From NCBI RefSeq assembly GCF_009914755.1, contig NC_060931.1: a DNA stretch of 64,000 nt; one strand, 5' to 3'. This DNA is from the human T2T-CHM13v2.0 reference genome, Homo sapiens. The translations under genes and the position numbers were made by a program. The notes below the pieces were generated by a model. It was not told the origin of the DNA. It did not search any database and was given only the letters and a program-made list of their open reading frames with translations. This document shows, in pieces, positions 15,630 through 28,620 of the stretch; position 1 is the stretch's first letter; every line of letters starts with the position of its first letter.

Positions 15630-15822
15630 GGCCGGGCGCGGTGGCTCATGCCTGTAATCCCAGCACTTTGGGAGGCTGAGGTGGACAGATCAAGAGGTCA
15701 GGAGATCGAGACCATCCTGGCCAACTTGGTGAAACCCCATCTCTACTAAAAATACAAAAATTAGCTGGGAGTGGCTGCAGGCACCTGTAATCCCAGCTAC
15801 TCAGGAGGCTGAGGCAGGAGAA
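15630..15822 (+). mobile_element. 3'-truncated AluSc-like element
   Basis: Intact 5' end ggccgggcgcggtggctca and ggagatcgagaccatcctggcc. Stops after gaggcaggagaa with no tail. Confidence 0.9.
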
Positions 15823-15974
15823 ACTCGTTTTCCACATGGATGTTGTGCAAGTCTCCTTCTGGTTTTTAGTGGCTGGGTTGGTGGTGGGCACACTGGGTGG
15901 GGAGGACGACAGGCAGGTCTACCAACCACCTAGGGATACTCATCTCCCCGTGGAAGTCAGTGTATTTGCCAATT

Positions 15975-16170
15975 AATCTTCTACTTATCCATTGATACAT
16001 CTTTGTTGAGTCCTGTTCTTGATGCTAAAACATTAGCAGTGAATAAGACAAAAAAATCTCTTCTTTCAGAGAATTTATTTGAGAATTGCATACAGTGAGT
16101 ACTGTGAATAAAAGTAAATACAAACAAGCAAAATAATTTTAAATAGAAGCAAAGGCCATGAAGGAAATGG
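15975..16170 (-). mobile_element. L2 3' end
   Basis: cattagcagtgaataagacaaaaaaatctcttctttcagagaattta is the antisense L2 tail motif. Confidence 0.55.
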
Positions 16171-16449
16171 TTTCAGGGGCCATTATCACACCGTGGTGAT
16201 AAGGTGAGAACTAAAATGTATTGAGAAAGTGTTTTAAATAACATATTTTTAAATAATTTTTTCAAGGCTAATTCTACCTGCTAGGTTACAGCTTATGGTG
16301 AAAATTGGATGCAGATAGCAGAAGAGAACTCAAAGAATATCACCAATACAGAAAGCCAATAGTGTTTACCCTTCTGGGCTGTTGTCAGGATGTCTGGTTA
16401 AGTGAAGCTTGTGTCCTCTGGACTGTGGACCACGGAAGACAGGAAGACC

Positions 16450-17099
16450 TGTGAGTTGCAAATAAAATCCTTGTCCCCCACCCATTGAATGGGCTCCCTC
16501 TTGACCAAAGGGATCCCATAGAAACCTTAAAATGAGTTCCCAGCCATGATGGGAAGGGAGGTTGGATACAGCTCATTATAACACCCCCTTATGGAGTTTA
16601 GACAAAACTGCCCAGAATTAATGTTAAAATAGATATTATAAGACCAGTTGAATGGATTTCATGTGACAATAAGATACCAGATTATAACCAAGATGTAAGG
16701 TGATGCCAGACCAGGGTAAGTCCTGCCTGCAGGCCATCAGTCTGGCTAAACAAGGCATTTTGACCCAGCATCTTGTGGCTGACTCTGACTTAAGATCCTA
16801 ATCTTAGATATTCCTTTCTGCTGACAGCAAGTTTTAGAGAGAGTCTTACTCCTTTAACCAGCTGAAAATTAAAGAATTTTTGAATCCAATTATAACCTGT
16901 AAGCTTCCACTTTAAGGTATCCTACCTTTTTAGGCCGAGCCAATGTATACATTCTACATACTGACTTACGTCACTCCTGCTTCCCTGAAATGTATAAAAC
17001 CAAACTGTAATCTGACCACCATATTTTAAATAGTGTATTTAAAAGAGGTTTAAAATAAACTTTTCTAAAATATTTTAGAGTATAGCTTTTCTGTTAACA
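16450..17099 (+). mobile_element. ERV1 MER4-group solo LTR (LTR49/MER39-like)
   Basis: TG...CA ends (tgtgagttg...ttaaca), tgtataaaa TATA box, aataaa near 17055, near-perfect 4-bp TSD gacc/gatc. Confidence 0.8.
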
Positions 17100-18235
17100 G
17101 ATCTCACCAAGGAGGAAAACTAAGGAGGTAAACATTGTGATGATGATGCAATTCGCTCAGGTTCCTACAGACAGCTCTGTGTATGTTAAAGCTGACAGAA
17201 TTCTATCAGCCCCACCATGGCTTAGTGCAGGCAATAAGCATTTCATTTTGAATTTAAACTTGTACTTAGAAAAATATATGTATTCGGTTGACCATATGAA
17301 GTTTCCATTACTGTAGGTCAAAATCAGTCCAATACTGGTCACTGCATGTGACTCAGCCTCATGTGTTTGCATTTAAATGGCTCCACTGCCTGCTCAGAAT
17401 GGTATCCCCTAGCAAAGGCCAAGTCCTTTGGCTTCATAAGTAAGCTCCATATTTCCTAGTTACTTCCTCTTTTTAAAGATATCGCTAAATAGGGCTGGAA
17501 GAATGCAAAATTTAGAGCTGGAGACGGAAACATAGTTTAAATTGCCTTTCTTTGGAAAGAAGAAAATCTGCATGGAGTTGGCGAGGGAAGAATAGGAAAT
17601 GAAAGAGATGGGTCTAGAAGGCTTTGACGGCTTTTCCCTGAATCCAGAGGGAGAAAGGTGACAGAACTGGCGGCTAAGAAGCTGAAAGGAGCAACTATGG
17701 AGAAGAAAGACTCCTAAATGAGATGTGAGAGGAGAGGCGCTGTGGTAGTTGTGAGGTTAACCCCCGTCCTTCCACCCTTCGAGATCTGTACTCAGTTCTG
17801 CATGATCAGGGATGCTCTTGTGCAGGCTGAGCCTGGTTAGGAGAAACGGAAAGAGAAGGTGGCATGGCCATGTGAGAAACACACATAGAAAGAGGGATTC
17901 ACTTGCATGGACAGAGTATCTGTCTCTTCCTGCCCCTACCAATGAAATATGGGAGCGATAGTTTTGAGAGTGCCTAATTATTTGCCACCTGGGACATTCG
18001 CATATCAGAGTCAGTACAGTTTTAAGGAAAAAGATTCAAGCCCCTTTACTTAACATTTTAAACCAGATGTCTAAACATGCATTAATTAATAAAAAGGAGA
18101 ATTGACTAGGCTTGTTTTTCATATATCTAGAAAAATAGATGATTAACATTTTGGAATGAACTAGGATTTTATTCGAGTAATTACTTATTCACAATGCATT
18201 ATACATCCTGGAAGTAATAGCTCCATAAAAGCCGT

Positions 18236-18360
18236 TCATTTCCGCTTTTTCCCTAGCCGTGTGACTGGCTGGCTGGTGTTTCCGGTGGGCGTGGGTGTGT
18301 CTGGATGCTCATATGTAGAGAGGGCTGCTCATAACTCGGGAGACGCCTCAGCTCCCTCCT
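18236..18360. promoter_or_regulatory. Candidate enhancer/promoter-like element (ETS plus KLF/SP motifs)
   Basis: tttccggt (ETS-like, 18279-18286) lies next to gggcgtggg (18287-18295) and gggtgtg. CpGs are locally retained in unique sequence. Confidence 0.3.
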
Positions 18361-19413
18361 CCTTCTTCCCTCTTACTTTCCCTTTCCCTTTCCCTGTGTT
18401 TCTCTCCTCCCTCTTTTACACTTAAAACAGCCACTACTATTCTTCTAACTTCTTGTACAAAGTATCCATGAGCATTTGTACCTCTGTGTTTTATTTATTT
18501 GTTGCCGGTTCAGAGGAAATGAGAGAACTTTGTTGATGTTCGTGTCTCTGTTTTATCTTCATTTAATCATATTAACCAGTGAAGAGTGTTTAGTTTATTT
18601 TTTTCAGGGCCATTTGATTATGAAAAAAAGTAATGACATGATTTCACCTATTCTGTATTCAGGGCCACATTTACTTCCCCACTTGCATTGCTATTTTTGA
18701 AAAAAGATTGATAATTTTAAATTATTCCTTGTATTGGAGAAATATCAACAATATATAATTTTTTATTCGGCAAACAGCATTTAAGTTTTTATCTAACCGA
18801 GAATGTAAGAGATGATTACAAAAATCTTAGTAACTGAAAAGGGATGTGTTATTATATCAGTGATCCTAGGAAGAATATTGTGTTTTCAATGGCTATGGTG
18901 CCTTACTGCATGTAAAATGTTATTACACTTTATTAAAAGTTACAAAGGGTGTGTTCAGTTGAAAGCACTATCAACTATCCTTTGACAAATCTGGTGGATC
19001 ATACCAGTATTTTGCAGTGTGTCATGTTTGACACAAGGGGCCAAACAGAAGTTCAAATATAAAGATATGTTAATCTCTATTAGTGTAAAGGAGGTGCAAA
19101 ATAAAATAATTTGCTGAATAAGTTAGCCTAAATGAAGTAGTCTGAAAGCAATCCAATAACCCTGGAATTTATATGTTCCCGATTTATTAAGTAGTTCACA
19201 AGGTCTGATATTTAAGAAAATTTAATATAATTATTAGCATTCTGAGATATCTGCATTTGAGTTATTATAACTCAAATGTATTTAGAGTTGTAATCAAATA
19301 ATTAAAATATGACTGCATAAGTGGGGACTATTTCAGGACTTAAGATACTGGTTTGAAAATGTACATATGTGAATACCATAGTCTCTAAAATATAAGACAT
19401 TGAACTACTAAAC

Positions 19414-19615
19414 CATTCATTCATACATACACACATTAATTCAGTGGAGTGTGTCTAGGTACTAAAGAAGCTGTGGTGAGCAAACTGTACATTCTCTGCC
19501 TTCATAAGGCTCACAGATTTATTATGGAGACAGTAATTTAATAGTGCTATAAATAGTAATGCTACAAAAGAGAAGTATATGGTGCTGCAAGAACACATAG
19601 TGGAACCTCCTACTC
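19414..19615 (-). mobile_element. L2 3' end
   Basis: cattcattcat...ctgccttcataaggctcacag is the antisense L2 tail. Confidence 0.6.
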
Positions 19616-22582
19616 ATGACATGCAGCCTACCAGACACCTCCAGCTTAGCTCAAAGAAGGAAACCTTTAAGTTCCATATTTCATATACCCATTACAGTAT
19701 TCAGTCACTCAAACCTCAGTGTTGAGACAACATTGTAACAACCCACAACCCATCAGAGGCAGTGGGAGGATAGTCAGAAGAATCAGAACAAGTCTTCAGC
19801 CTTTACTGGCAACTGGGAGGAATTATAACTGGAATTTCCAGCCACAGTTTTGCCATGATCTTGTAGGCGCCTGGGAATCTTATGAGATGCAGCATTTGTC
19901 CACTAATAGTGAGAAAGTTTTCAGATGGGTCTTAAATATGACCTAGATCTAAATATATATCACCCCAAATGCCACAAGAATACACAAATTTGAAGAATCT
20001 CAGCTGAGACTGTAAGCCTCCGTGATCTTTGTAAATGGAAGTAACAAAAATGGTTTAAGACAAAAGAAGATGCTTGATATCCCTGGAAGGTAGACATATG
20101 GACCATGGTGAAGACTACCTCCTTGACAAAGAGGAGGGAAGAAGACTGATGGCTGCAGTAACCAGAGGAAGCTGCTGGACCAGTATTCCTGAGTTGCACA
20201 CAGGAAAATGCCCTGAAATTCCACTCTAGCACTTTTGTTATCAAGCTTCCCCAACAGAAAGCACTGTTCTGGGAGAACATACCGCAACCATTTTTCTTTA
20301 TAGAGGACATCTGCCAAAGGTTGACCTTGTCAGCGGCTACATTTTGAAAAATAATTAAGATGGAGAAAGCTTCCTCCACTTATATAGAGATAGCAAGTAA
20401 AAAATTCTTGCTAAAATTATAAATTGCTGATCTCTTCTCCTACCAAGTTAGGCCATTAGTGTATTTACCACAGCTTTATGTATTTTCCCCCCATTTATCA
20501 GATTGTGTGTGTGCAGTGTATGTGTTCGGGGGGATCTGTCAGCATACCTTGTCAGTCGAGAAGTTTTACTGTCAACTCAGACAAGTTTCAAACATTGTAC
20601 AGATTCACAGAGAAGCAAATTGGTTTTCTGGCCCCAGAAGACTCCCTGGGTTGTATTATATGAGTATAGGGAAGGCAAGCTCAGGTTGATCGATTAGTGG
20701 GAGATTGCAGGGGCACTTCTGTAGTGCAGACTAAAACAGGAACCTTCCTAGAATGGCAGGGAGCTTGTGAATCAAGTCTTCCTGGATTAAAAGTCATCGC
20801 AGACTATAAATTCCCAGGACCAATTCAAATATGTGAATATCATATAATTCATTAGAAATGACTACTGGATCATTTGGTTTTATGGGTTCCATGTTAGTTA
20901 GGAAGATACAATTTAAGAGGAAGATGAAAGTATATATACAATGTCTTCATTTATTAATAAAATAAAATTCACAAAAAGTTACAATATTTTATGTTATATA
21001 TTAGTCATTGAGTACCCAATAAAAGAAAATTTTCAAAAAAAAATAACTTTTTACAAGTAGAAACAGACTTTATTTGGAAACATGAAATACATACATTTTG
21101 TCTCTTACCTGGAAGCATTATCAATATTTAAAGATAGCATTTAAAAATGTTGTGTATGGTACCCACTTTCTCAAAGTAAATGTGTTTGCAAGAAATACAC
21201 TATTTATTAGACAGGCTCTAAAGAGTAAAAATCAAACAAGTAAACAAATAACACAATTATGTTGAAAAACAAAGGGTATCCAGTAAAAGAGAATAACTAG
21301 GTATTGTATTCAGTCTTATTCAGATTAGTGAATAGATAGTTTTGTTTTCAATTATTCAATGATATAATAAAATAATAATTTTAACTTTAATCATGTGTGT
21401 TTTACATGCCATTTCAAACAATATGAACATTGACAGAGTTAATATAGAAATTTGTCTCAAGCTATGCTGACTGGAGATGGAGTAATATGGAGAACAAGTT
21501 CATTTATTATACTCAAGAGATTAAATTCTTCAAGTCCTAAACCTACTGCAAAAAGCCCTTATGTTTTATTCCTGGTTATAGTTCAAATCAATTGAACTAG
21601 TGGATAAATAATTAATGCTTCTTGTAAATAATTCAAGGGATTTATTTGGCTAGTATCACATTTCTTCTATGTGAGTGATTCTCTATGTTGTTGGTTATAT
21701 GACCAAATTCTAACATCTCGAAAGAACAAAACACTTCTAGAGATGTACCTATTAAAAATAATTCAAGTTATTCTGTCAAATATGTATAAACTTGTATATT
21801 TTTCTTCATTAAAGCATTTATTAAGTTAATACCTCTACATATATAAACGAAGTTTTAAAGACAAATATCTGTCTATAGGAATATACTTGTAATTGATTTA
21901 CTTCAAAGAAAATAAAAAATAATTCTGTGCAAATTTGTTATACCTATACTTTTATTTAATTTGTGACCAAAAAAAATCCAACTTCATTGATCCCCTAAAA
22001 ATCACCTCTTTTTTATGTTTTTATCATGTGAACATTTGATAAAGAAAATATTACTTGACCACAAAACAGATATACACTTGGACTTAAGAAGGGGAGAATG
22101 GAAACAATTGCAATCCAGGGAAAATAAATTGTATAAACAACAACATAGGAGAACATACAGGTGGATACATTCAGGAGCTGCTGCATAATAACTGTCATGG
22201 AGTCTTGGGCTGCCAGTTGATTCCAAAGCCTGTGGAAGGAATGGCCCAGCTTGATCTCCTCGTAGGAGGGCCTGAGTGCTGTCTGCTCACTGGAAAGCAT
22301 CCAGAGGAGAAGCATTCCTAGGACCCATCAGTCACAAATAAGCTCTGCCTCAGAAACCTGCAGGAGGTGGATTCCATGAAAGAGACTGACATTAGCTAAA
22401 GGAGGTCAGAAGGACCCTAGTTGAGATAAGTGGCTTCAAGTATCTCAGGCCTAGTGTAGGGATCTGATTTCAAAAAGAAATAGATAGAGTATATATTATA
22501 CAGGCTTTTCCAGGGTAAGTACAATTCCTTCTCCCAGGATTGCAACTGTAGTGACAAAGAAATACATGATTCTTAGTCTCAG

Positions 22583-22892
22583 TTTTGGTTTATTTTTATT
22601 TTTATTTATTTATTTATTTTTGAGACAGGGTCTTTTTCTGCCACCATGCAGTGGTGCCCTAATGCCTCACTGCAGCCTCGACCTCCCAGCTCAAGTGGTC
22701 CTCCCACCTCAGCCTCTCGAGTAGCTGGGACCAGAGGTGTGCACCACCACACCTGGCTAACTTTTGTATTTTTTGTTGAGTTGGGGATTTTCCATGTTGC
22801 CCAGGAAGGTCTCAAACTCCTGGGCTCAAGCGATCCGCCCACCTCAGCCTCCAAAGTGCTGGGACTACAAGTGTGAGTCACTGCACCTGGCC
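22583..22892 (-). mobile_element. AluJ
   Basis: (TTTA)n tail. ctcctgggctcaagcgatcc and cactgcagcctcgacctcc are AluJ diagnostics. Confidence 0.92.
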
Positions 22893-22984
22893 CTAGTCTG
22901 AAAACTAGGGTGTAGACAACCAACTGTGTCTTTCATGTCAATAAAGTTGTTCATTAGTTGAACAGCTAACAACCAACAACACAA

Positions 22985-23476
22985 TTGGTTGTCTACACAG
23001 TAGCCATCTCCTCCCATCTTCAACAACTGGACTCTTGTTTTCTTCATCTTCCTCTGAGTACTCATGTCCTTTGTGGAAAGCTGGAATCCTCCCAGAGCCA
23101 GAAGCTGCGTACTCATTAGCCTCGGCCAATTCTGAATGTCTCCTTCCTCAGTCTAGGTGTGTGGTCTGTGTGAAACACACTCTGCCTAATAGATACTAAG
23201 GAAAGTTTGCTGGAAGGCTCAGAGATGGTTTATCTCATTTGTGGTAATAGGAATAAGATGGGTTTTCTCTATTCTGCCCCTTTGGTAGGTGACCATTAGA
23301 AGGGAAACAACCATCCCTGGACTATTAAGGGAACACCTAGAGAATTGCAGGAAAAGTAAACAGTCATTGCCCTCTTATTTTCATACTTCTTTTCTGTGAT
23401 GCAATCAAGTCTTCATTTTTGATGCCGTTTTTAATAAGCCATCTGTAGTTTATAGACGAGGCATTCTCAGATGCAT
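22985..23476 (+). mobile_element. Old MLT1 (K/L-like) LTR
   Basis: Decayed MLT1-like motifs (aagtttgctggaagg...; gccgtttttaataagccatctgtagttt...gcattc). Confidence 0.4.
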
Positions 23477-23479
23477 ATT

Positions 23480-23830
23480 AGGAGGTCAGATGCAAGTTGG
23501 AAAGACATTAAAGGCAGGTTGAGACAAGATTATCAAGGAGGCAGAAGTCTGATCCTTTTGTAGTTTATAAGCGTGATGATTGGGTTTTCATGCTCATGTG
23601 TGAGAAGTGCCTTCCTCAAACCTTGTTATGCTGTTGGTGCATTACTCATGTGATGAGAAAAAAAAAAAAGGAGGCAGAAGTCAGACCAAGGGGTATAGGC
23701 TTTCCTTGATCAACAGTGGGGAGTCACTGATGGGGTTTGAGAAGGGGAGCGACATGATCAGCACTGCACTTCAAAGCATTATTTTAAAAGTTGAGCGTGG
23801 GAAGGATTTAAGACAAGGCTCAGAACATTT
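23480..23830 (-). mobile_element. L2 fragment hosting the U13 retrocopy
   Basis: ggggagtcactgatggggtttgagaaggggagcgacatgatcag is an antisense L2 motif. It continues on both sides of the U13 insert. Confidence 0.65.
23552..23667 (+). pseudogene. SNORD13-like: U13 (SNORD13) C/D snoRNA retro-pseudogene
   Basis: atccttttgtagtttataagcgtgatgattgggttttcatgctcatgtgtgagaagtgccttcctcaaaccttgttatg... is colinear with U13. Followed by poly-A, with a 15-bp TSD aaggaggcagaagtc (23535-23549, 23668-23682). Confidence 0.92.
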
Positions 23831-25032
23831 TGCCACTTGGAATGCATTGTTGAATATTCATACAAAACTAGTTTATGGCTCAGCATAAACAATTTTTAAA
23901 CACAAAGTAAAATACAGTATGTGTTGCCATGGTAGTGACAGAGCCTAGGAAGATAATGACAAGCAGAAAAAAAACGGTGCCATTGTAATTTAAATCACTA
24001 TAAAGCTTTCTAGAATTTAAGTGTGTTTTCAGTCAGAGTATTTTGAATACACAGGGAAAAGATTATGGTTATTTTATCGTTCTTGCTGAGAAAGGAAAGA
24101 ACAAAAGAGGGGTGTTTCCTTTTTGCACATGAGACCTATAAAGCTAAACAAAATCAAGTTCATGCAATCAAAAAGCTGACTAGGGTTTGAAAGACTGAAT
24201 GAGTCAATTAACAGTGAAGCTCCAGTGCAGAGCACAGACTGGTGAGGTACCATTGTTAGCATTGGCTGCAGTCCCCTCATGATGATAAGAACGGCTAACA
24301 GGCATTGTCTCTGATTACATGCTAAGCTCTGCACTGACACACAGGCACGAGTCCTCTCTGTATCCTTCACCATCAATCACATGTGCTAATGGTGATGAAG
24401 TGTGATGTGGGTAAAGAAGACATTGCTGAATTCAGAGATATGATAAACACAAGTAAATAAAAAGTAAAGCCATAGAAGACATAAATGGTTAATGCCAGAA
24501 TTTCCAAAAGTATGAATTAATAAAGGGTATGAAAAGATGATGGATATATAGATATTAATATAAAGGAGGTAAGTTTTTCAGAGCTTAAAATTGAAAGCAG
24601 TGTTAAGCAATTATTTAAGGGGGAAATTACTGTATGTAAGAGGGAGAGAGAGGTTATACAAGCAAAAAAAAAATTCCTCAAATAAACTGAGTGCACATAA
24701 CAAATGTTATATTAAGTCAATGCAAGTGAGATTTGAAAGTAGATAGAGAAGAACAAACACACCAAAAAAAAAAAATCAAACTTCTTCGAATGTATAATTG
24801 AAGACAGTAACCTCCCAAAACTATTATGGCAAGAAGCCTCACCTCTCTTAGACTCACCCACTACTATTTCTTGTATGGATGGCAGTGTGGGTGCACTTTG
24901 CATATCTCCATTTATGCAACAGGAATAAGTGAACTAAAGGCATTAAAACTTGGGAAGGAAACTCCATCAGGGATGAGGACTCTTCTGACTATAGTCAGCC
25001 TATTTCTGTAAACCTGAAAGACTGTTCTAGGG

Positions 25033-25157
25033 CAGGGGTTCTTTAGGCTCCGCCCCCAGAGGTTCTGATCAGTAGGTCTGAGGCAGGGCCTAAGAATTTT
25101 CATTTCAACAAGTTTCCAGGTGATGTTGCTGCTGCTTCTGCACACTGAAAACCATTG
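25033..25157. mobile_element. MER5A-family hAT MITE
   Basis: cccccagaggttctgatcagtaggtctgaggcagggcctaagaattttcatttcaacaagtttccaggtgatg...aaccattg. Confidence 0.8.
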
Positions 25158-25720
25158 CACAGTATTAGAGGACTCCAAAGTTCCCTGTGTCACCCTCCAA
25201 ATAACCAGTGGCTGTTCAAACTCCCTATGGCTTTCACAGTCAAGCTTCTCAAAAGGGCTAATAACAGAACATCCAGTTCCTTACTCCCATTCCCTCCTTG
25301 GGCCACTTGAATTTGGTTTAAACTTTGCACTTGCATCAGAAGCTCTAGTCAGAGCTACCAAGCTCTCCAACATCTAGTTAACCTCTTGATCTCAAGGTGC
25401 CTTGCTGACCACTCGACTTTCTGGCTCTCAGTGAGGCATACTCTTCTTGTTTCGTTTCCTGATGCCAGTGCACTGCTTTTCAGTCTCTTTTGTTGACCCC
25501 GATCTTCACTGGTTACCATGTTGTAGCTATATTTACTTATAAAAGTTTCAAAGAGATCATAGGAATGTCGTGTTTAAATCTTTAAATGGCTTCTCCCTTC
25601 ACTTAGGATCTTTTCACTGTACTGCATTCACAGGACCCCTACAGTTAACCACCAATCATTCTTCAGATCAGTCTCCCTGTGGAAAGCAATCCTTGCTCCT
25701 TCTAAGAGCACCTTGAGCTT

Positions 25721-26097
25721 TGCGTTGGCTTGCTAGGGGTGCCATACAAAAGTGCTACAGATGGGTTACTCAAATACAGAAAGTACCCCATCTCTAGAGG
25801 CTGGAAGTCCAATATCAAAGATGTCAGCAGGTTTGATTTCTCCCAAGGCTTCTTTCCTTGGCTTCCAAATAGCCTTTTCTCTGTATGTGAGCATACCTGG
25901 TGTCTCTCAGGATGTCCATATGAACTCTTTTTATGAAGACATCAATCAGATTGGATTAAGGCCCCTCCAAATAGCACCATTTTAATTTTACCTCTTTAAA
26001 GACCCAGTCTCCAAATACAGTCACATTCTGAGGTGTTAGAGGTTAAATTAAGCCTTCAACACATGAATTTTGGGGGAACAGAATACAGTCCATAACA
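25721..26097 (-). mobile_element. MLT1A0-like MaLR LTR
   Basis: ggctggaagtccaatatcaaagatgtcagcagg...ctccaaatacagtcacattctgagg...cagtccataaca. Confidence 0.85.
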
Positions 26098-27401
26098 CAC
26101 TTCTGCATTGCAGCTTTTATCAGATAGAATTATAATTAAGTTATTGCTGAACTTCCGTGCACTCCCCGCCTGAGGTGCTCAACACTGAGTCTGCAGCATC
26201 TGCCACGTGTCTGCCCCATGGAAGGTCAAGGTTCACTTGTTTCCTATTGAACGAAAGAATCATGGTCAGAAAAAACCAAGGATACAATGAACTTGGAACC
26301 AGTTTTCCCACCACTTGCCTGGACATTCCCAAATACAGACTCACCAAACAAAATGCCTGTGATTCACATGGCTTAGCAGTAACCTCGCCTCTCCCCAGAA
26401 ACTGGGTGGTCAGAGGCAAAGGGCAATGCCCTACCCCTTCAGGGGACAGATGTAATTCCAAGGCAGAAAAGTCGAGCAATTCAAGGGAAAGTGTTCAGAA
26501 TATAAAAATCCACTTGCTGGGCTACGTGAATTTGATGACCAAACACCATTCTCTCCCCAGTTCACCTTCTCCAGCAGCTAAATACAAAGAATGCAAATAA
26601 TCAATATCCAGTCTCCTAGTCCAGGTTCTCATTATTGGATCTAATAATGCCAAAGCAAACACGGGTACAAGGAAAATCTATTCTTTCTGTGCTGTTGCAT
26701 CCTTTCTTCTGCCCTTGGTCAGGCTGAACAAGACATAGTTCCTTATGTGTAGGCTGTTGTCCGACACCAGATGGTTAGACGTTATGTAGCAATCATATAA
26801 AATTAATTTAACTTTTTACTTTATGGTTAAACACAATTACTGTTCTTTGGAAAAAAAGAAACTTTACACAAATACACATAAAGTAAAAAAGCTGTCATTC
26901 AGAAAGTTGTCCCTGTCATCATATTTCCCATGTGTGTCTAATTTTATATGCATATATTAAAATATGCATGCATAGTTTATGCAAACATACACATTAAATG
27001 AAAAGGCAAGTACTCTAGTCAGTGATTTTTCAGGTGCTTTATCTTTATAGTGATCTTTCTGATTGTGAAAAATGCTTTAGATCTTTTAGGTTTCACCATT
27101 AGATCTATCTCTTGTGTCCATGTAGAACTGGTTTTGGTACATTCTGTAATGTAAAGAATATAATTATTCTTTGTTTTTTGTCTTTTTAAAATTACAAAAA
27201 CTCTTCCTTTAAACATTTAAAATAAAACATTGCTTATTTAAAAACATCAAGAGATTCGATGAACTTTTGAGTAAAATGAGATGATGATCCACTGTTTCTT
27301 CTTTCCTCATACCCTCAACCCACCCCTCAGAGGTCATTACGGGTTACATTTTTCATGTAGATTTACAGACATTCTTCTTTTATACCTCATTAGTAGGCTA
27401 G

Positions 27402-27749
27402 TGTCATAGTCCCATTCAGGCTGCTATATAACAAAGTGCCTTAGATTGAGTAACTTATAAACAATGGAATTTATTGCCCACAGTTCTGGAGGTTGGAAAG
27501 TCTAAGATCATGGCCCAGCAGATTTGTGTCAAGTGAGGGCTCTCTGCTTCAGGTATGGTCCCTGCTAGCTGTGCCTTCACGTGGTGGAAGGAGCCCTTGG
27601 GCCTCATTTATAAGGGCACTAGTCCTACTGTTGAGGACAGTGTCCTTATGATCTACTCATCTCCCAAAGGCCCCACCTCGTTATATTGTTGCATTAAGAA
27701 TTAGGTTTCAGCATTTAAATTTTAGGTGGACACAAATCAGATCATAGCA
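27402..27749 (-). mobile_element. MLT1A/MSTD-like MaLR solo LTR
   Basis: tgtcatagtcccattcaggctgctat...cagatcatagca with a perfect 5-bp TSD gctag (27397-27401, 27750-27754). Confidence 0.88.
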
Positions 27750-27789
27750 GCTAGTTACATCTCCTCTTTTTTAATCAAATTTCAGCAAT

Positions 27790-28620
27790 AAGTAATGCTG
27801 TAACTTGCTTTTTCATACTTAACACTTGCTTGGTCATTTCATGTGTCCAATGTAATTTATTTCATTTTTCTTTAAAGTTACATAATATTCTAACATCATA
27901 GTGAATTTAACTGTGCAGCCATAGATTGGTATTAAATTTGTTTCTAGTTTTTTTTTTAGTATTATAAATAATATTGCAACAAATATTTCTGTGCATGCTT
28001 CATTTTACACAGAAGCAATGATGTATGCTGGACTAAATTCTAAGATTTAAATTATCAATTAAATTTTGAAAAAGACTTCCAAACTGGCTCCAAAAAATTT
28101 GTATCAACCTGCATTCCCACCAATAGTGTATGAGAGTAATCTTTTTTCCTACCTCATCTCAATTTAGCATATTTAAAGTTTTCTTTATTTTTTCAGAACT
28201 AATGAACAAAATAGTATCAATTGCATACTTTCCAATGTACCAATATTTTCTTCTTAGTTTTTTGAATTCTTTGTTTTGTATTTGTATTACATATTCTTAT
28301 TTCACCTTCTTTATATTAGGTTTTCAGCTTTAAATTATTTTTCAACTTATTTGAAGTTTTTATATTCATTTGTTCACGTTTTGTTGAAAGTTGAAATCTT
28401 TTTCCTGCTTTATTGATGGCAAATACTTTCACCTGTATGTCGTTGCCTATTTACCTTTGTTTAAAATTGTTTTCACTTTTTATGTAGTTCAGCTTTTTAA
28501 CTTTGTTCTTTGCTTAAGAAAGTCCCACTGTAAGATATACATACATCCCTACATACTTTTGTCTAATAGTTTAAAACTTGTAATTTAAGTTTAGACTTTT
28601 TATCAAGTTGGACGTGGCTC
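27790..28620 (-). mobile_element. Old L1ME fragment
   Basis: cattcccaccaatagtgtatgagagt and related antisense L1 3' motifs. Confidence 0.6.

Noticed and set aside
22938-23129. Acidic, protein-looking ORF (EYSEEDEENK)
   Set aside because: It is short, has a non-ATG start and no splice context, and lies in a probable old MLT1 LTR.
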